Shown one piece after another: positions 11,155 to 24,400 of a DNA stretch of 34,945 bases (the first letter of the stretch is position 1; every line of letters begins with the position of its first letter). Source of the stretch: Hyphochytrium catenoides. Taxonomy: Eukaryota; Protista; Hyphochytriomycota. The stretch covers positions 1 through 34,945 of the forward strand of contig FLMG01003226.1 in assembly GCA_900088475.1 (NCBI GenBank), given 5' to 3'. The notes under the pieces are model-generated. The model worked only from the letters and a program-made list of their open reading frames with translations. It made no database searches and had not been told where the DNA came from. The position numbers were made by a program, and so were the translations under genes.

Positions 11155-14100
11155 ATGGACCAGCAAGAGAGCTTCACCAACACTATGATGGAGGCAGCTG
11201 CCGCTGCAGAGCGTGTAGTCGACATGGAGAATGAGTTTGTAGCTGTTATCACTGCGCTGCAATTCAGCGGACCAGCCTATCTGGCCAGTCTAGCGAGTTC
11301 AGGTGACCTTCTTCCCGTGAAAATCTTGGCACTTTACGTCCATGGCTCGCCGTGGTGTCTGCTTCACCTTTACTTTAGCCATTCAGCTAATGCTGTCCAC
11401 GTCCCTAGTTGGTTGTTTATTCCAAGTATGCCTAGGTTTTCCGCCCCGGTCGTTTGTCTTTTATCTAATGGTTCATATCCTTTGACAGACGGCCTAGCAC
11501 ATAGTCAGGTTCGGGCCCTCTATTGGAAAATTTTCATGGGTTCTCTACCGTTAAAAGATTGCCCAGCGGGCTGGAGCGAGTCAATGCAAAAAATGCGAGC
11601 CGATTATCGTCTCTTGAAGCAGCGGTTTCCAGTGTTGCAGGTACTTTCTGTCTCTCCTACGGTCACCCCTTCCTCGTGGTTCACTACGTTCCTACTGGTC
11701 TTCACGCTCCTTTCTCGCTCAACCTCCTTGTTTGGATTCGGTTGGGCATAATACTGCCAATCCGCCAGGCTCACGACCCTTACCCTTTCATGTTTTCTCT
11801 CACCATCTGCTCCGCCTCTCTCCACCTTGGCGCAATCGGTGCTCGTTTTGGTCTAGAATGCCGATGTGCGGACCCTGGAACCAAATGTGCGGCGAGCAAT
11901 TCTCCTTGATCAGCGCCTGCTCTCTGATATTAAGAAGGATACGGAAAGGCTTGGATACCAAGGCTTCGAAGGCAGATACTTCCAATCGTCAAACGTGCAG
12001 GTGCGCAGACTGACTTTCTTTGTCTTTTTGCAGATTTTACTATCTGATCTGTCGGTCATTCGAGACGAGAAACACGTTTCCCTCCATATTGTCTGGAGAA
12101 CTTTTTCCTCTAGGCTGCCTCGCGATCCTCATCCTCAGTGACCTCCGAGTCATCTTTTCAACTCCGTGGCGCGTGTGATCTGGTTCCCTGTCACTTAGCC
12201 TATAGCTACGCTTGATCGCCGTAACGTTACTGTTCCAGCTTTTCCATGATTCTTCTCATAGTCTCGTCTCTGTATAAGGAATATCAGCTCACCAATTGGT
12301 CGATTTTGCACGACCCATCGCTCTGTAGCAAATCATCCTTCACATTTTATTCATTTGGGCGAGGGAGAATCCAACCATCTCTTACCGTCAAGGAATGCAC
12401 GAGCTTCTTGCTTTTCTCGTCTACGTCCTATTGGAAAACGCGATAGATCCAGACAGCTATTCGCCATCTGCTGATGGGTCCAACCCCTACCAGGACTCCT
12501 TTCTTACATGTTTCGATAGAGAAGGCATCGAGGCAGACGCCTACTTCATGTTCTCTCAACTGATGGGTATCATGCAGCCGTTCTATCAGGTCCAGACAAG
12601 GACCTGGTCGCACAATTCCCTCCAGGGCGGAGCAGAAGGAAGGAGGGGAGAAAGTGGACTAGCAATGATAGAACAAGGGGGAATACTCCCAATCTCTGAG
12701 CTGTGTAAGCAAATTCACCACTCTCTCCTCCGAGACGAAGATGTTGCTTTATATGAAGCCTTACAAAAGCATGAGATAGAGCCCCAGAGCTATCTGGTGC
12801 GCTGGATCAGACTGCTGTTCCAGAGGGAGTTTCCTTTCTTTGACAGCCTGGTAGGTATTCGCGCGATTCTCTGTTCTTTATTAAAATTGGTGCTTCTAGG
12901 TTCCTTAATACCCTTAGTGCAGATCCGCAGCGTTGAAGGCGGCCTTGTTTTTCACATTGTCGTCAATCGGTCGCCTTTGCTGAGTTTGTTCCGTGAAAAT
13001 CTCTTCCCGTAGATTTTGGTCGATTGGCTATCTGTGCAGACACCTGCAGAGCCTTTTCTTGCCTCTCATCTTGTGTCTTCTTCTGATCTTGCTTATTTTG
13101 ACTCAGGTACTTTGGGACTATCTCTTTGCCCGCCATTTCCTGTTCCACCTATCTGGACAAAACCCGGCGAGCGGCGGAGTAGACCTTCTATCTTCCCTGA
13201 AGGAGGTCTCGGTTGTCCTGCTATTGTCACTTCGTGCTCCTATTTTAGCAGGGGATGGACCAGGCGCTCAGTCTGCGCTAATGAAGACTCCTCTCCCCCT
13301 CCAAATCAGGACCGTGATAGGTGCTGTTGACAGGCTGCATAGGAAAATCTTGCAGAGGAGCGATGGCGGAGGTGAGTATATGGCTACATATCCAGAGGAT
13401 CAGGGCAAGTAAAGTGGCATAGTGTAGTCGGAGCTCTGGAGACAAGTAGGACGAGATCTCAAGCGTCTCACCGCACGTCTTAACTGTCTAAGTCTTTCAC
13501 CTTCTCCTCTTTCTCGTTACACAGGATCAAGGGTTGCACAGAGAGGGCAGCAAAATGGCCAAAGGGAGCTGGGCCACAGAATGGGCCAGGCTATGACGGA
13601 CATAGGCGGCTTCTTTGCCAGAGCCATCTCTTCTCTCACAGAAGAACAAAGGGTGCCTCCTCCTGTTCCCGCACCCATTCCTTCCACCTCCCCACACTCT
13701 GCTGCGTCGTCGCTGTCGGCCTCTTCGGTCGCTTCTTCGGGGAACCTTCCTCTTGTTGGGGTACCTTCTTCTGATCTTACACCTAGTATCTCTCCCACCT
13801 CCTCTCTCAGCCATTTTGTCGATCGCTCTGAAGGGGAAGGGGCTGTAAGTGTCGCCACTCCGACTGCGCGGCTGTCTCTCTCGTCGTCAATAGGGGACTC
13901 ACCACCGCAGTCATTGTCTTTAGCGAATTCGACAGGTGTAACTTCGAACGGCCCTCTCACCCCTCCTTTCACTGCTCATGGTCTTGTGGATTTTCTGGGC
14001 GGTGATGCTCATAGCAACGACGAAGGAGAAGGAGAGGAAGGACAGGAAAGAGAGATGGTGCCAATTCCTACTACTGATCCAACACAGCCTGGGGCCGAAA

Positions 14101-14714
14101 TCGATACGGGGAGGGCTGAAGAGTCCTCCCTCCCGCTCTCCCACGGCTTGTCGCAGGTTGTTGGTCATGCAGAAAGTCACTCAGACCCAAATAGAAGCAC
14201 AGATCTCACAAACGCTATTGGAACACACGAAAGGCAAGGAGAGGAACTCAGGGAACTTGTAGTAGGGGGAACCGAAAGGGCCTCTCATAGCTCCCCTCAA
14301 CAAAACCCAGTTCTTACTGCAGCTTCAGCTGTGAACCGTGTGTTTAGAGGCATTGGAACCGGAATATCTCCCGAAGAAAGGAGGGCAGGAGAGTGTATGG
14401 CCACTTGCAATGAAGATCCAGACAGAGCGGGACCCGCACTTCCTGCGCAACAGTGCCGCAGAATGGGAAAGGAACTGTATCGTGCGATCCACACCATAGA
14501 GAAGGAGCTGATGCGCGCATGTGGCACAGGAAGGCACCATCAAGAGGGCCAAGAAGGGGGAAATGAGAGCATTGAGCACAGCAATGCGGAATTTGCGCTG
14601 GACGTCGAAACGATAGAGGCTCTTGCAAGGGCAAAGCAGGTGACCAGTGTCCTTCTAGGACGTTTGGAGTTTCAGAATTGTCAGTGGGAGGCGGAGGAAA
14701 GCACCACCTCTTAG
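11155..14714 (+). CDS. TBC-domain Rab GTPase-activating protein, TBC1D5-like, 6 exons
   Basis: Exons about 11155-11302, 11489-11640, 11857-12000, 12329-12850, 13107-13371 and 13525-14714. Motifs: RALYWKIFMG, Arg finger IKKDTER, Gln finger SYRQGMHELLA, IEADAYFMF, YLVRWIRLLFQREF, VLWD. The C-terminal ALARAKQVTSVLLGRL resembles the TBC1D5 C-terminal helix. Confidence 0.9.
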
Positions 14715-14962
14715 GAGCCAAGACATAATATTTCTTCCCCGGGGTCTTTCCACTTCCTCTCATTCTCCCTAATCTCATTCCACGGCTTCCGGCAGCTCTT
14801 CTTCTGAGGCCCCAGAATAACAAGGGAGATATTTGCTGGCCTTGACTTGTGGCGGATCACCTGCGCATTAATGCGTGGTGCACGGTCGCGCGGGCAGGAA
14901 GAGAATGAGAGAAAGGAGGGGCTGTAGAGTCTGTAAATATCGCTGTTGATGTCACTAATCTC

Positions 14963-17900
14963 CTAATAAATGCAGAAGAGCTGCAATGTATCATCAATCT
15001 TTCCCACACACTGATCCAGCCGATCCAGCGCCTTGTTAAGGAGCTCGTACTTGGCCGCATCAGCTCCCAATGGATCACTCTCCTCTCCTCCTTCTCCAGA
15101 TATCGCGCCTCGAGCCTAAACCAAGGGCAATAGAAGTGAACAATTTCTATATCTTGTCTCATGTTAAGAAGCAAGAAGGGAGAGGGAACCCAAAGGAAAA
15201 GACATCGGAGCAGACAAGTGGAAAGGTAGGTGAGAGTTTTCCGCGTAACAGAGCCATTGGAGAGAGAAATTATCACGGGAAAGACATGTCTGCAAAAGAA
15301 AAGTGGGTTAGAAGACGACAAGGGTTATGAGACGGACCAAGAAAGAGGAAAATACTTGGCAGTGGGGTGACAAAGCGTTATCTCTTACCTTCCAATCACT
15401 ATCGGTCTGTCTGCGCAAAGAGCGCTCCACGAGGTCCTAACAGATAGAAAAGTCAACGAAAGGCGAGTCATGAACCAAACCTCCCTCTCAACCTCTGTCC
15501 CGGTCGGTATGTCTCATTCTCACGCTGAGGAAGTGTTCCCACGTTCTTTTGCGTTTGAGCTTGTTGTCGCTATATATGTCCCTACCTTGTTTCGAGAGAA
15601 GTCATGGTTCCTCCGAAGTCTAAGGTTAAGAAGGGCATGATAAATTTGCTCCACGATCACCTTCAACATCTTGCCGTCATCCTATGAGGGGGTCCGCAAT
15701 GCAGGACCAGTAAGCAGCAACAAGGGAAGGGATTGAAGGAAGGGGCAGATACAGAGAGAGAGATCGACGGGGACAGAGTGGGAAATGAATCAGGGAAACT
15801 GAGTTCAGGGACCTCTGGCACCGCGCGGCACTCTAACCCTGCTCGTGCAACCAATCTCCTTCCCCCATTGCCGCCGGTAGCTGATACAGCGATCTCTTCT
15901 CTCTCCCTCTCTTTCGCTAGCGGTTTCTTGATATGATTCTCCTTTTCCTAAGCTTTTTCCCTCGTCAAGATCTCGGCTGAGTAGAAGCTTACCACGCTCC
16001 AGGTGTAAAAGGTCTGCTGTGGATTATAGTCTGCCCTCTGTGGAATTTCCTGCAGCTTCACAATGTGGTCCCGCAACAGCTCGTAGAGACGCCGCCGCGC
16101 ATCATTCGTAGGGATGAGCGCCAACTTCTCGAACTATAAGAGCAATTGAGAAGCAGTAGCTTTAAGAACAATGGATGTAGGACAAATAGGGACGACCGCG
16201 ATAGGAGGCACGGAAGAGCGAAGAGCGCCAATCGTAGGCACAAGCGCTAGAAGGACGTATGACTTCCTAGCTCCTGACTGCAACCGAGAATGACTACGGA
16301 AAATGCAAGAGAAGAAGCAAAAGCACCCCAAACGACAGTCATACATCTCCACGACACCGAGACCTGCAGCAGGCAAGGACATAGTGCGACTTTTGGCACT
16401 TGAAGTAAATGCGAGCCTACCTGTTGCTGCTCTAACTGCTTCTTGGACTTCAGTACTTGCACGATTCGGGCACTCTCTATGCCATACTTCTCCTAGAAGC
16501 ACGAGTCGAGATTTAGCTGAAGGTTGCAAAAGGGATAATGCCCGATATAGACCCCGAAGCACGGACGTAGCCTTCCAAGTGGAAATTGGAAAAATGGTTG
16601 GAAGGACCCAGAAATGTAGGAGGTAGAGCAGAGAGCTTGAACCCGGCCCATGCGCCGCCCTTTCACCCGAATGTTCCCTCCTTTCCCGCTTCTCTTCTAG
16701 CCTTTCAAGAGGTGACTTGGCCTTATGTGCCTTCTGACAAAGGTGCGCATGCGTTGAAAGATGAAATGAGAAAGCGAGGTTCAAGAGACCGACAGATAGA
16801 GGAGAAGAGGGATTAGGGGCATGACCTGTATGATAGTGTGAATGGTCTTCTGTCTTAGAAAGTCGATCATTTTGGCAAGTTGAACTGTATAAGTGCCGCC
16901 GTCGCGGGCTCGACTATCACTGCCTACTGTCTGCAAGACAAAGTAGTCCAAATGGTAAAAGTGCTCAGAGCGTCGGGCAATGAAAGCGGAGCCATATTTT
17001 GACGACCTAACCCTAACCTTAAGCAGGGGCAAGATAGCCACAGTCGACTAAACCAAAGTGCTTAATACAAGGAGAGATAGAGAGGGAGACAAAGAGAGAG
17101 ACAACTAGCCATAAAGTGAGAGACGCTTTCAGAAAGGATTGTCTGCAAAGAAGTGCTAAGATGGATGCAGGCCCGACAGAGAGGAGATACTTAGCGAGCT
17201 CACCTTTTTTAGCATTCCAGTCTTATCCCAACACATGATCTCTAAATATTTGAGGAAGGTCTGCCAAGGAACGGAGACTCCTCCACTTCCTTTCGGCAGG
17301 GCATCATAGACGTTTCTGGCTGTAACAGCAGCCGTGACCGGCTCCGCTCGATCTCGTTCATGGGCTTGAGTAAGGTCTATCACTGTCTTCACTATAGTGC
17401 TAACAGTGTCGTTGACTTGCTCGCTGGCGAGCTTTATTAGTGCTAAGTGGCGCAGGTCTCGATGAAACTGGTCGAAACCTAAGCGCCAGACTAGGGATGA
17501 CGACGAAGCAGAAGGGGATGCTGCCCTATCTGCGTCCTGTCAGTCACATGGAAGATTCGGTAGTGAGAGACTGGAGAAGTCTGGGTGATCAAGAAGCCGA
17601 GAGGACCAAGCTGGCACTTAGATAATCCAGAATTATTCCAGGACCTTTGGTGGATTAGCATGCGTTCGGCAGAAAGGTGTAATGATGACACATAGAAGAT
17701 ATGGACAGAGTATTACCATGCCGTCCTCAGATTTCTTGCCCTTCGTAATCACTCGTCTTCGCTTGGTGCTTGGCGGAGGGCTCGGACTGGGGAAGTGCAG
17801 TGCGGTGGATGAACGCAAAAGGTCAATTTCTGTGTAAAGAAAGGCAGCAAAGGGACAGAGAAAAGGGAAAGCACTCAACCGAAAGAGAGATAGTGGAGAG

Positions 17901-19787
17901 AGGACGCGAGAAGCAACGTCCGTATTTCCTGCGAGAATAACCGGAACGGTCAGCGCTCCACTTGCCAATGACAGCACTGTACACAGAGCTTCCACTACTT
18001 GGAGCATACCTGGCACTTGACGGCTCTGGAGCCACTTCCACTTCCTTGGGAGGTGCCCCAGACCCTTCTTCTGCCTTCATCATTAACAACCTAAGCTCCA
18101 GAGGAATCTGAATAATAGGAGGACTTGTTAAGCTACAGCGGTCAATGATCAAGGATGCATAAGGAACAAAGGGCGGTTTTAGATCAAGCGTCATTGATAC
18201 ACCGTATTCCCAGAAAGGTCGACCCCGGTGACATACCGCATTTGCGTCTTTCTTTTGATTCTCCGCGGCGGTGGGTCTTTTGCGCTTTATTCCTTTGACA
18301 GACGAAGAGGTCGAGCCGTTGGCCAGAGCAGAAGCTCCTGCTCTTTTCTTGCCAGCCAGACCTCCCATCGTTCCTGAAGCGCTCTTGGGAACGGCTACAC
18401 CTTGCAAAAGCTTGCTCTCTCTTCCTGAGCTAACGGGGGCTTGTGGAGTGAAGTCCACAGGATGGACCCTCACCAGATAACGGCGTTTAATCATTGCTTC
18501 GCATACTTCTTGCACTCTTCCCTGGTCCCTTCGCAGCTCTTGAATCTCATCCTCAAGCTTTTGAACTGCAGATGAGAAGAAAAGAGAAGCAACAAAAGCA
18601 ACCGCATAGTAAGGCATAGAGTGTAAGAGGAAATGGTTGGCGGATAAGGATGCTCTATGGGGCAGGAATGTATGGAGAAGCTGAGAGAGGAATCATGAAC
18701 TGCCATGTAAAGATTAGAAGGCAAAGAGACAATGTAGGAAGCCCAAATGGAGCTTGATGGTAACGTTGACGGAGATGCGGCCCAGACTTTCCCTTACTTT
18801 CTTGTAGGGTTTCATCCTCCATGTCTTCTGTCATCTGCACACTATTCAACACATTCTCTCTTTCATCTATCGCTTGCACCACTCTCTGCTCCACGACTTG
18901 CACAAGCTCCTCCAGCTTCATTCTGCCACTTAGACAGAGCTCTTCAACCACGTACTCTCCCTACAACCACAGATAAAGAGAGATGCTCAACTTGGTTGGA
19001 GAGGTTGAGGCTTCGCCACAGTAAAGAGATAAAGATGCCGAGAGGCCAACCCGAACATAGAGTCATAGAGGATCAAAGTAGATAGCTGCTAAAGAGGAAA
19101 GATGCACGAAAGCAGAAGAGCAAGGAGGAAAACAACCGGGCGCCCAGATAAGAGGAAAGAGCGAAGAGCCTGTGCAGGAGAGGAATGGAAGACAGAAAAG
19201 AGGCATATATATTGGTAGAGAGGAAGAGAGAGAGCGAGAGAGATTCATGTTCCATGAAGAACCCTCAGTACTCGACATTGCTAAAAGTAACCAAGTGGTG
19301 AATCAACGAGGGTTGTTCGCAGCGTACCACGCGTCCAAAGAGCTCCAAGGCACGATACATGAACTTCGGAAAGCGCAGACGGGTAACGATGTCCTCACAG
19401 CTAACCTACACGACCCCACCATCATGTCAATAGACAAGCCCAGACACCGAGGAGAGAGAGAGGAGCAAGCAGACGCTATACGTTGGTACATATCGTGAGA
19501 ACTGGAAAGCTGCCGAAAGAGACACTTTAGCCGCGGATGACAGAGAGTGAGGAGAGAGAGGAACAGAGGAAGGAGTGCGAGACAATGAAGGGAGAGCTAC
19601 CTCATAGAGAATTGTCACATTGGCCGTTGTCTTCGTCTTCAGGTTCACGACAGTAGGTGTGTCGCTCTGCTTCATTCGCATGCGAAGGATATTATGCTGG
19701 CCCAAAATGAGAAGGGCATCCCGCACCTGAAAGGCGAAAGAGCAGAAAAGACGAAGAGGAAAAGAGAAACAGAAACGAGACAGAGAG

Positions 19788-19832
<45 letters not shown>

Positions 19833-20493
19833 AAGACGAGAAAGAGGAATTTAGGGAGAAAATAGACAACTGATCGATGCAGGGGCTTCCGTAAGGCATC
19901 TCACCTTCCCCTGATTCTCGTTCATATCTCTCACATGGTTGATGGACTCATTGACAGCTTCCTCTTACTTCGCTTCACGTCTTTCCCTCTCTCCCTTTTC
20001 TCTCTTACCTCTCTCTCTCCCTCCTTCTCTCTCTGTCTCCTTCTCTCTCTCTCTCTCTCTCTTTTCCTCTCTCTCATTTTTCTCTCTTTCTCTGTATCTT
20101 TATGTCAACCATTTCTCTCACTATGTCTTCCCTGTCCTCATCTATCATCTCTTGCCTGGGATGGTTTGATATCTGCCCTCGACTTTGTCTTGATGAGCTT
20201 CATTATGTCAGCCAGTGATATCCCCTCACGGCGGAACAGCACTTGGACCACATCCTGTCAGAGAAGGTGTCAAGAAGACCGAGCTATCAAGAAATGAACA
20301 TGAAGCTAGAGAAACTAGACGAGGAAGAAAGAAGAACAGGAACAAAGCTGCAGAATCGGGTCGATAGGTAACCAAAAGCGCCGTGCAGAGGGTGCATCCT
20401 TCATCTGGCTCTTGCCTTTACAATGCTGCCAAAGTGCTCCTGGATGATGTCCAAACAGAGCAGAGCCTCATACTTGGCCGGCGTCTTCATCAT
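14963..20493 (-). CDS. POLR3C: DNA-directed RNA polymerase III subunit RPC3 (RPC62/C82), about 15 exons
   Basis: Spliced segments in order: MMKTPAKYEALLCLDIIQEHFGSIVK|DVVQVLFRREG...PSQ|VRDALLILGQHNIL...YE|VSCEDIVTRLRFPKF...|GEYVVEELCLSGRM...WRLGFDQFHRDLR...|EKYGIESARIVQVLKSKKQLEQQQ|FEKLALIPTNDARRRLYELL...LQEIPQRADYNPQQTFYTWSV|...LDRLDQCVGKIDDTLQLFCIY-stop (TAG at 14963). These match the remembered RPC3 architecture (QEHFG, LxQHN, LRxP, VEEL, ARI, LEQ, LQEIP). One internal junction (17491-17739) is not fully resolved. Confidence 0.9.
19795..19828. repeat. (GA)n microsatellite in RPC3 intron 2
   Basis: Pure GA dinucleotide run; a TC-rich tract follows at about 19980-20095. Confidence 0.95.
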
Positions 20494-20829
20494 TCTTCCA
20501 CTCCACTGGCGGCCAGGCTCCTAATCTCTACCCCTGACTTGCTCCTGCACGGGTCTCACTTCCTAGAGGTCCCGCATGCTCCTCTCTCGCTCTAATCCAC
20601 GATTTCATGGGGAGGCATTGTCATGAGGCCGGTCACTGATGTGTCTCCTTCCGGAGCATTCCTCCTCTTTGACAGAGAAGCAGATCACTCACGATTCATG
20701 ACACATGAGGCAAGCAAGATATAATGCAAGCAAGGGCCATCTCTATCAGGATGCTTCGTATGGCAAGGACATTCTTATTATGGCGGAGGGAGTGAACGAA
20801 CCTCAAGAGACAGAAAAATGAGACGTACA

Positions 20830-20832
<3 letters not shown>

Positions 20833-20904
<72 letters not shown>

Positions 20905-20977
20905 AAGGGAGAGAGAGTGACAGAGAGAGAATAGGAACAAGTGAGAGAGAAAGAGAGAGAGAGAGAGGGGAGAGAGA
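20833..20977. repeat. Interrupted (GA)n microsatellite in the divergent RPC3/ABHD intergenic region
   Basis: Long GA run from 20833 with a degenerate continuation. Confidence 0.95.
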
Positions 20978-21417
20978 TTCCTCCCACCACCTGTCACGCC
21001 CATCACAGCTTCTGAAATCCCCCAGGACGAATGACCTCCCCCAGAAGTAGTGTTCCGAAACCTGTCTGTCATATACACGATCCGCACAGACCTAACTGGA
21101 CTACTTCCGTATCAGAATGGCGTTCTTGTCCTTGACGTCGGATTCGATGTTGAGACGTGATCCTGACGCGAAGGGAAGAGGCACAGATGGAGACTGCGCC
21201 AACATCAAAAGGAAGATCTGACATCGGCAGAGATTCTGAAGTTCCATAGTCACTACCTCTGAGCTCTGAGGCGGCTGAGTCATCCAACAGTCAGTGTAGA
21301 GCTTGTTGACTTCCGTAACGTACCTCACAACGTCGTCTCTTAAGGTCTTCTCGGTGACCAAGCACTTTCAGGAGCCTTGATAGAGCGGGAACCTAGGAGG
21401 ATGCAGATTGGTTAACT

Positions 21418-24400
21418 ATGACTCTCACATCGCGGGTCATCCTCTTCCTCTCTGGACTTTATCTGGGAATTTATGCCACTCTAGACGAATCCATTCCGAA
21501 AGGAGCACGAAGCCCTAGTGGCTTGCTGGTCCCAGTTGTTGATCAGGTAGCCATGAGAACATCAAAAGATGGAAACTACCTTGAGCCTTATCTACTCCTG
21601 CTCGTCTCTGTCTCTTTCCTCAGGTTGCTGAGCTACGATCAAATTGGGTTACCGTCCGCTCAGAGATCCGAAATGTTTCAACGGTTTTCGTGAACCGCCT
21701 CAGCTCCTCTTACGGATTGGCCAACGTAAGTGTCAAGATCCTGGAGCTAAAAGAAGTTATACCTCTAACAGGCGGTTTCCAAGGATCCGTGGACCTCTAT
21801 TGGTTGCCTAGTCCTGCTAGTTTGCCTCATTCTGCTTGGATCCATACCGCTCTTATGGCTCCTCGAGAAGTACTATCCAACGCCTTACTTATTGGACGGG
21901 TAGGTAACAGACCTAGCGGAGAGCATTTCACGCTGGACCCTGTCCCCCCGAGTGTCTCACAATTACCTTCCATAGTGTTGATGCCAGTGGCCCTTCACCG
22001 CCTGCGCTCGTTTCTTTACCTGCGCCATCAAATGATGGGCTTGTATTTTATTCCATGATTTATCCATGTCAAATGGCAGTGCCTTGCGCTCTACAATTCG
22101 CTCGTTCTCGCATAGCATTCATACCTGCACTTACACCCTTGCACGATGATTCATGAAAGGCATCTACAGACGCTGGCCACCGTTCTTCGCGCCAACGATC
22201 CGCATCCGATCACTTATTACTCACGGTGAGAATGGGCGAGTTGGTGCTGAAAGTGCTACCTATTGCTAGACAAATTAGGATAGACGTATCCCCTTCTTCG
22301 GTTGTCTCCTTCTTGTAAGAGTGTTCTTTAACTTGTTGCATTGTATAGTACCTACATGGCTCTTTCTGTATAAGATGTCTCTAGGATGTGCTCCCGTTGC
22401 TTCCTCCTTCTTTCCCTGCCTTCTCCTAATTCTGTCTCCTCTCCCTTTATTGTATACCTGGCTACCTCAAGTCAATTCCTCACGTTGAGTGATGGCGGAG
22501 TGGTTACTCTGGACTGGGCCCATTCACCTCTTCGGGGATATGAGACGATCGTGAGAGATCTACCTACCGTAGTGAGTTGTTGGCGAAACTATCGTCCTCT
22601 TCCTCATCTTGGTGTTCGTCGGCTTCTTGTTGTTCTTCTGTTTCGTCAGCACTCACACAATCCTTGCAACAAAGGTTATCTTGCATGGGACCACTGGAGG
22701 TAGCCAGGAGGTGAGCAAAGTGTCAGAGAATTCTTGGGAGTATGGTTGCAGCTAGGAGCAGACTCAGTAGAGACACTACATAGACCAGTATGGCGATTGA
22801 GAGTTCCATGGGGAGAATTGGTTTTCTTGTAGGGTCAGAATCTCCGCGCTTGTGCGAAAGGGTAGTGGGAGTAAGAAGCTGGAACGACAGGAGGGGCAGC
22901 CACCTATCTGGCCTTGTATGGAGAGTCAAGTGGTAGCGAATAGGGTGCCCTCAAAGCGGGGACACATTCTGACTCCCTGCCTTTCTTGACATTAACCTTC
23001 TCTATCAGTCGTACGTCAGAAATGCCGTTTTGGACTTCCATAGCGCTGGCTGGCAGGTTGTGGCCTTTAATGCCCGCGGCTGTGCAGACTCCCCTCTTGC
23101 AACACCTCAGGTCCTGTCCCCAAAAACTTTCTCATTGTGTTGACAAGGGTCCTTCCTCCCTGTTGTGCAGCTATACCCCATTGCAGCTAAACCGGATGTC
23201 ATTGCTTGTATAAGTTGCACGGTCCCTTTGCCATACCCGCTAGCTGGCCGGGCCTTAGTTGTCTAGCCCTGCCATCAGAGTCTCAGCTCCACATCTTTCC
23301 TATGCATAATCTTGTGTCAACCTCTTTGTCTTTTGTGACATTATGGTCACCTCGCTCTTTTAGATGTATTGCGGGGCCTACACCCAAGACATACGAGAGG
23401 TGGTGGCGTCTATTAGGGAGACGGTGAAAGATTCTCCTCTTGTTGCGGTAGGGTTCTCTCTTGGAGCCAACATCCTGACTAAGTTTGTGGGCGAAGAAGG
23501 GGAAAAATGCCAGCTCACGGCTGCTGTCTCCGTTTCCAATCCATACGACATGGTTCAGTGCAGCAGGTAAGTGTCTGCACGACATCTATAGCCTTGTTGG
23601 GGTAGAGTTGGTTTGAGCAAATGAGAATCATATGGCAAGTAAGGGCTAGAAATGATATCTCATCCTCCCGTGTTAGGTCAATGAAGAAGTTCCCCCAGAG
23701 GTACACGTACGACAGAGTTATAGCTTCCAACCTTTGTAACTATCTCAAACAGGTCAGAGCTCTCATACCTTACAGACGTACTGGAATGACGCCAAGCAGG
23801 GCAACGGAAAGAGTCCTATAGAGATCGCTGCAACGAACCGTTAAAGGCAAAGAACTTGAGGCGGAAGAGGCGCTGAAAGAGGGAAGAAGTGGACAATGGG
23901 CGGCGAGACTAACTTTATGTTTCCTTAGATGCTTAAATGGGGTGTCTTCGGTCCGGAATGTCAGCCTGAGATTGAGCATGCCTTGCAGTCGAAGTCAGTG
24001 AAAGACTTCGATGGCCGGATAACAGCCAAGATGTTCGGGTAGGTTCGAAGACTTGACTGTTCGCTTCGTTCCGAAAATGTGCTAGGTCATCTCCCTACAG
24101 CCTTTCTCTTGCTCCTACAGCCCCTCACCTAGGATATCTCTTTAAGGTCGTGCTGGCTTGCGCTTTCATTTCACTATTCAGGATCTTGCTTGCCCTTCGA
24201 AGTTAAGCTAGGCAGCCACTTCGTTGACCTCTATCAATTTGTGTCATCGACTGGTACTAACTCTGACCAAACCCCTGCGCTACTGCGGCCTTAACGACAC
24301 AGTTATGGCACGGCGCACATCTATTATCACGAGGCTAGTAGTTTCAAATGTAAGGGACAGAAGCTGGCCCAGTAGCAGAGGTTTCTCATGCCTCTGTCTC

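Noticed and set aside
13517-14823. Several minus-strand ORFs overlapping the last TBC exon (also 922-1272, 1560-2018 and 32171-32770 over other genes)
   Set aside because: Antisense shadows of well-supported coding exons.
17633-17650. In-frame TAA after a good branch site and acceptor in RPC3, as a hint of stop-codon reassignment
   Set aside because: TAA, TAG and TGA all serve as normal terminators for other genes in the window.
19905-19965. Possible extra RPC3 exon (EEAVNESINHVRDMNENQGK) ending at a GTGAGA donor
   Set aside because: It has no polypyrimidine acceptor, and the RPC3 alignment is continuous without it.
21069-21361. Minus-strand ORFs (MVTEKTLRDDVV..., MDDSAASELRG...)
   Set aside because: No recognisable family and no consistent spliced model.
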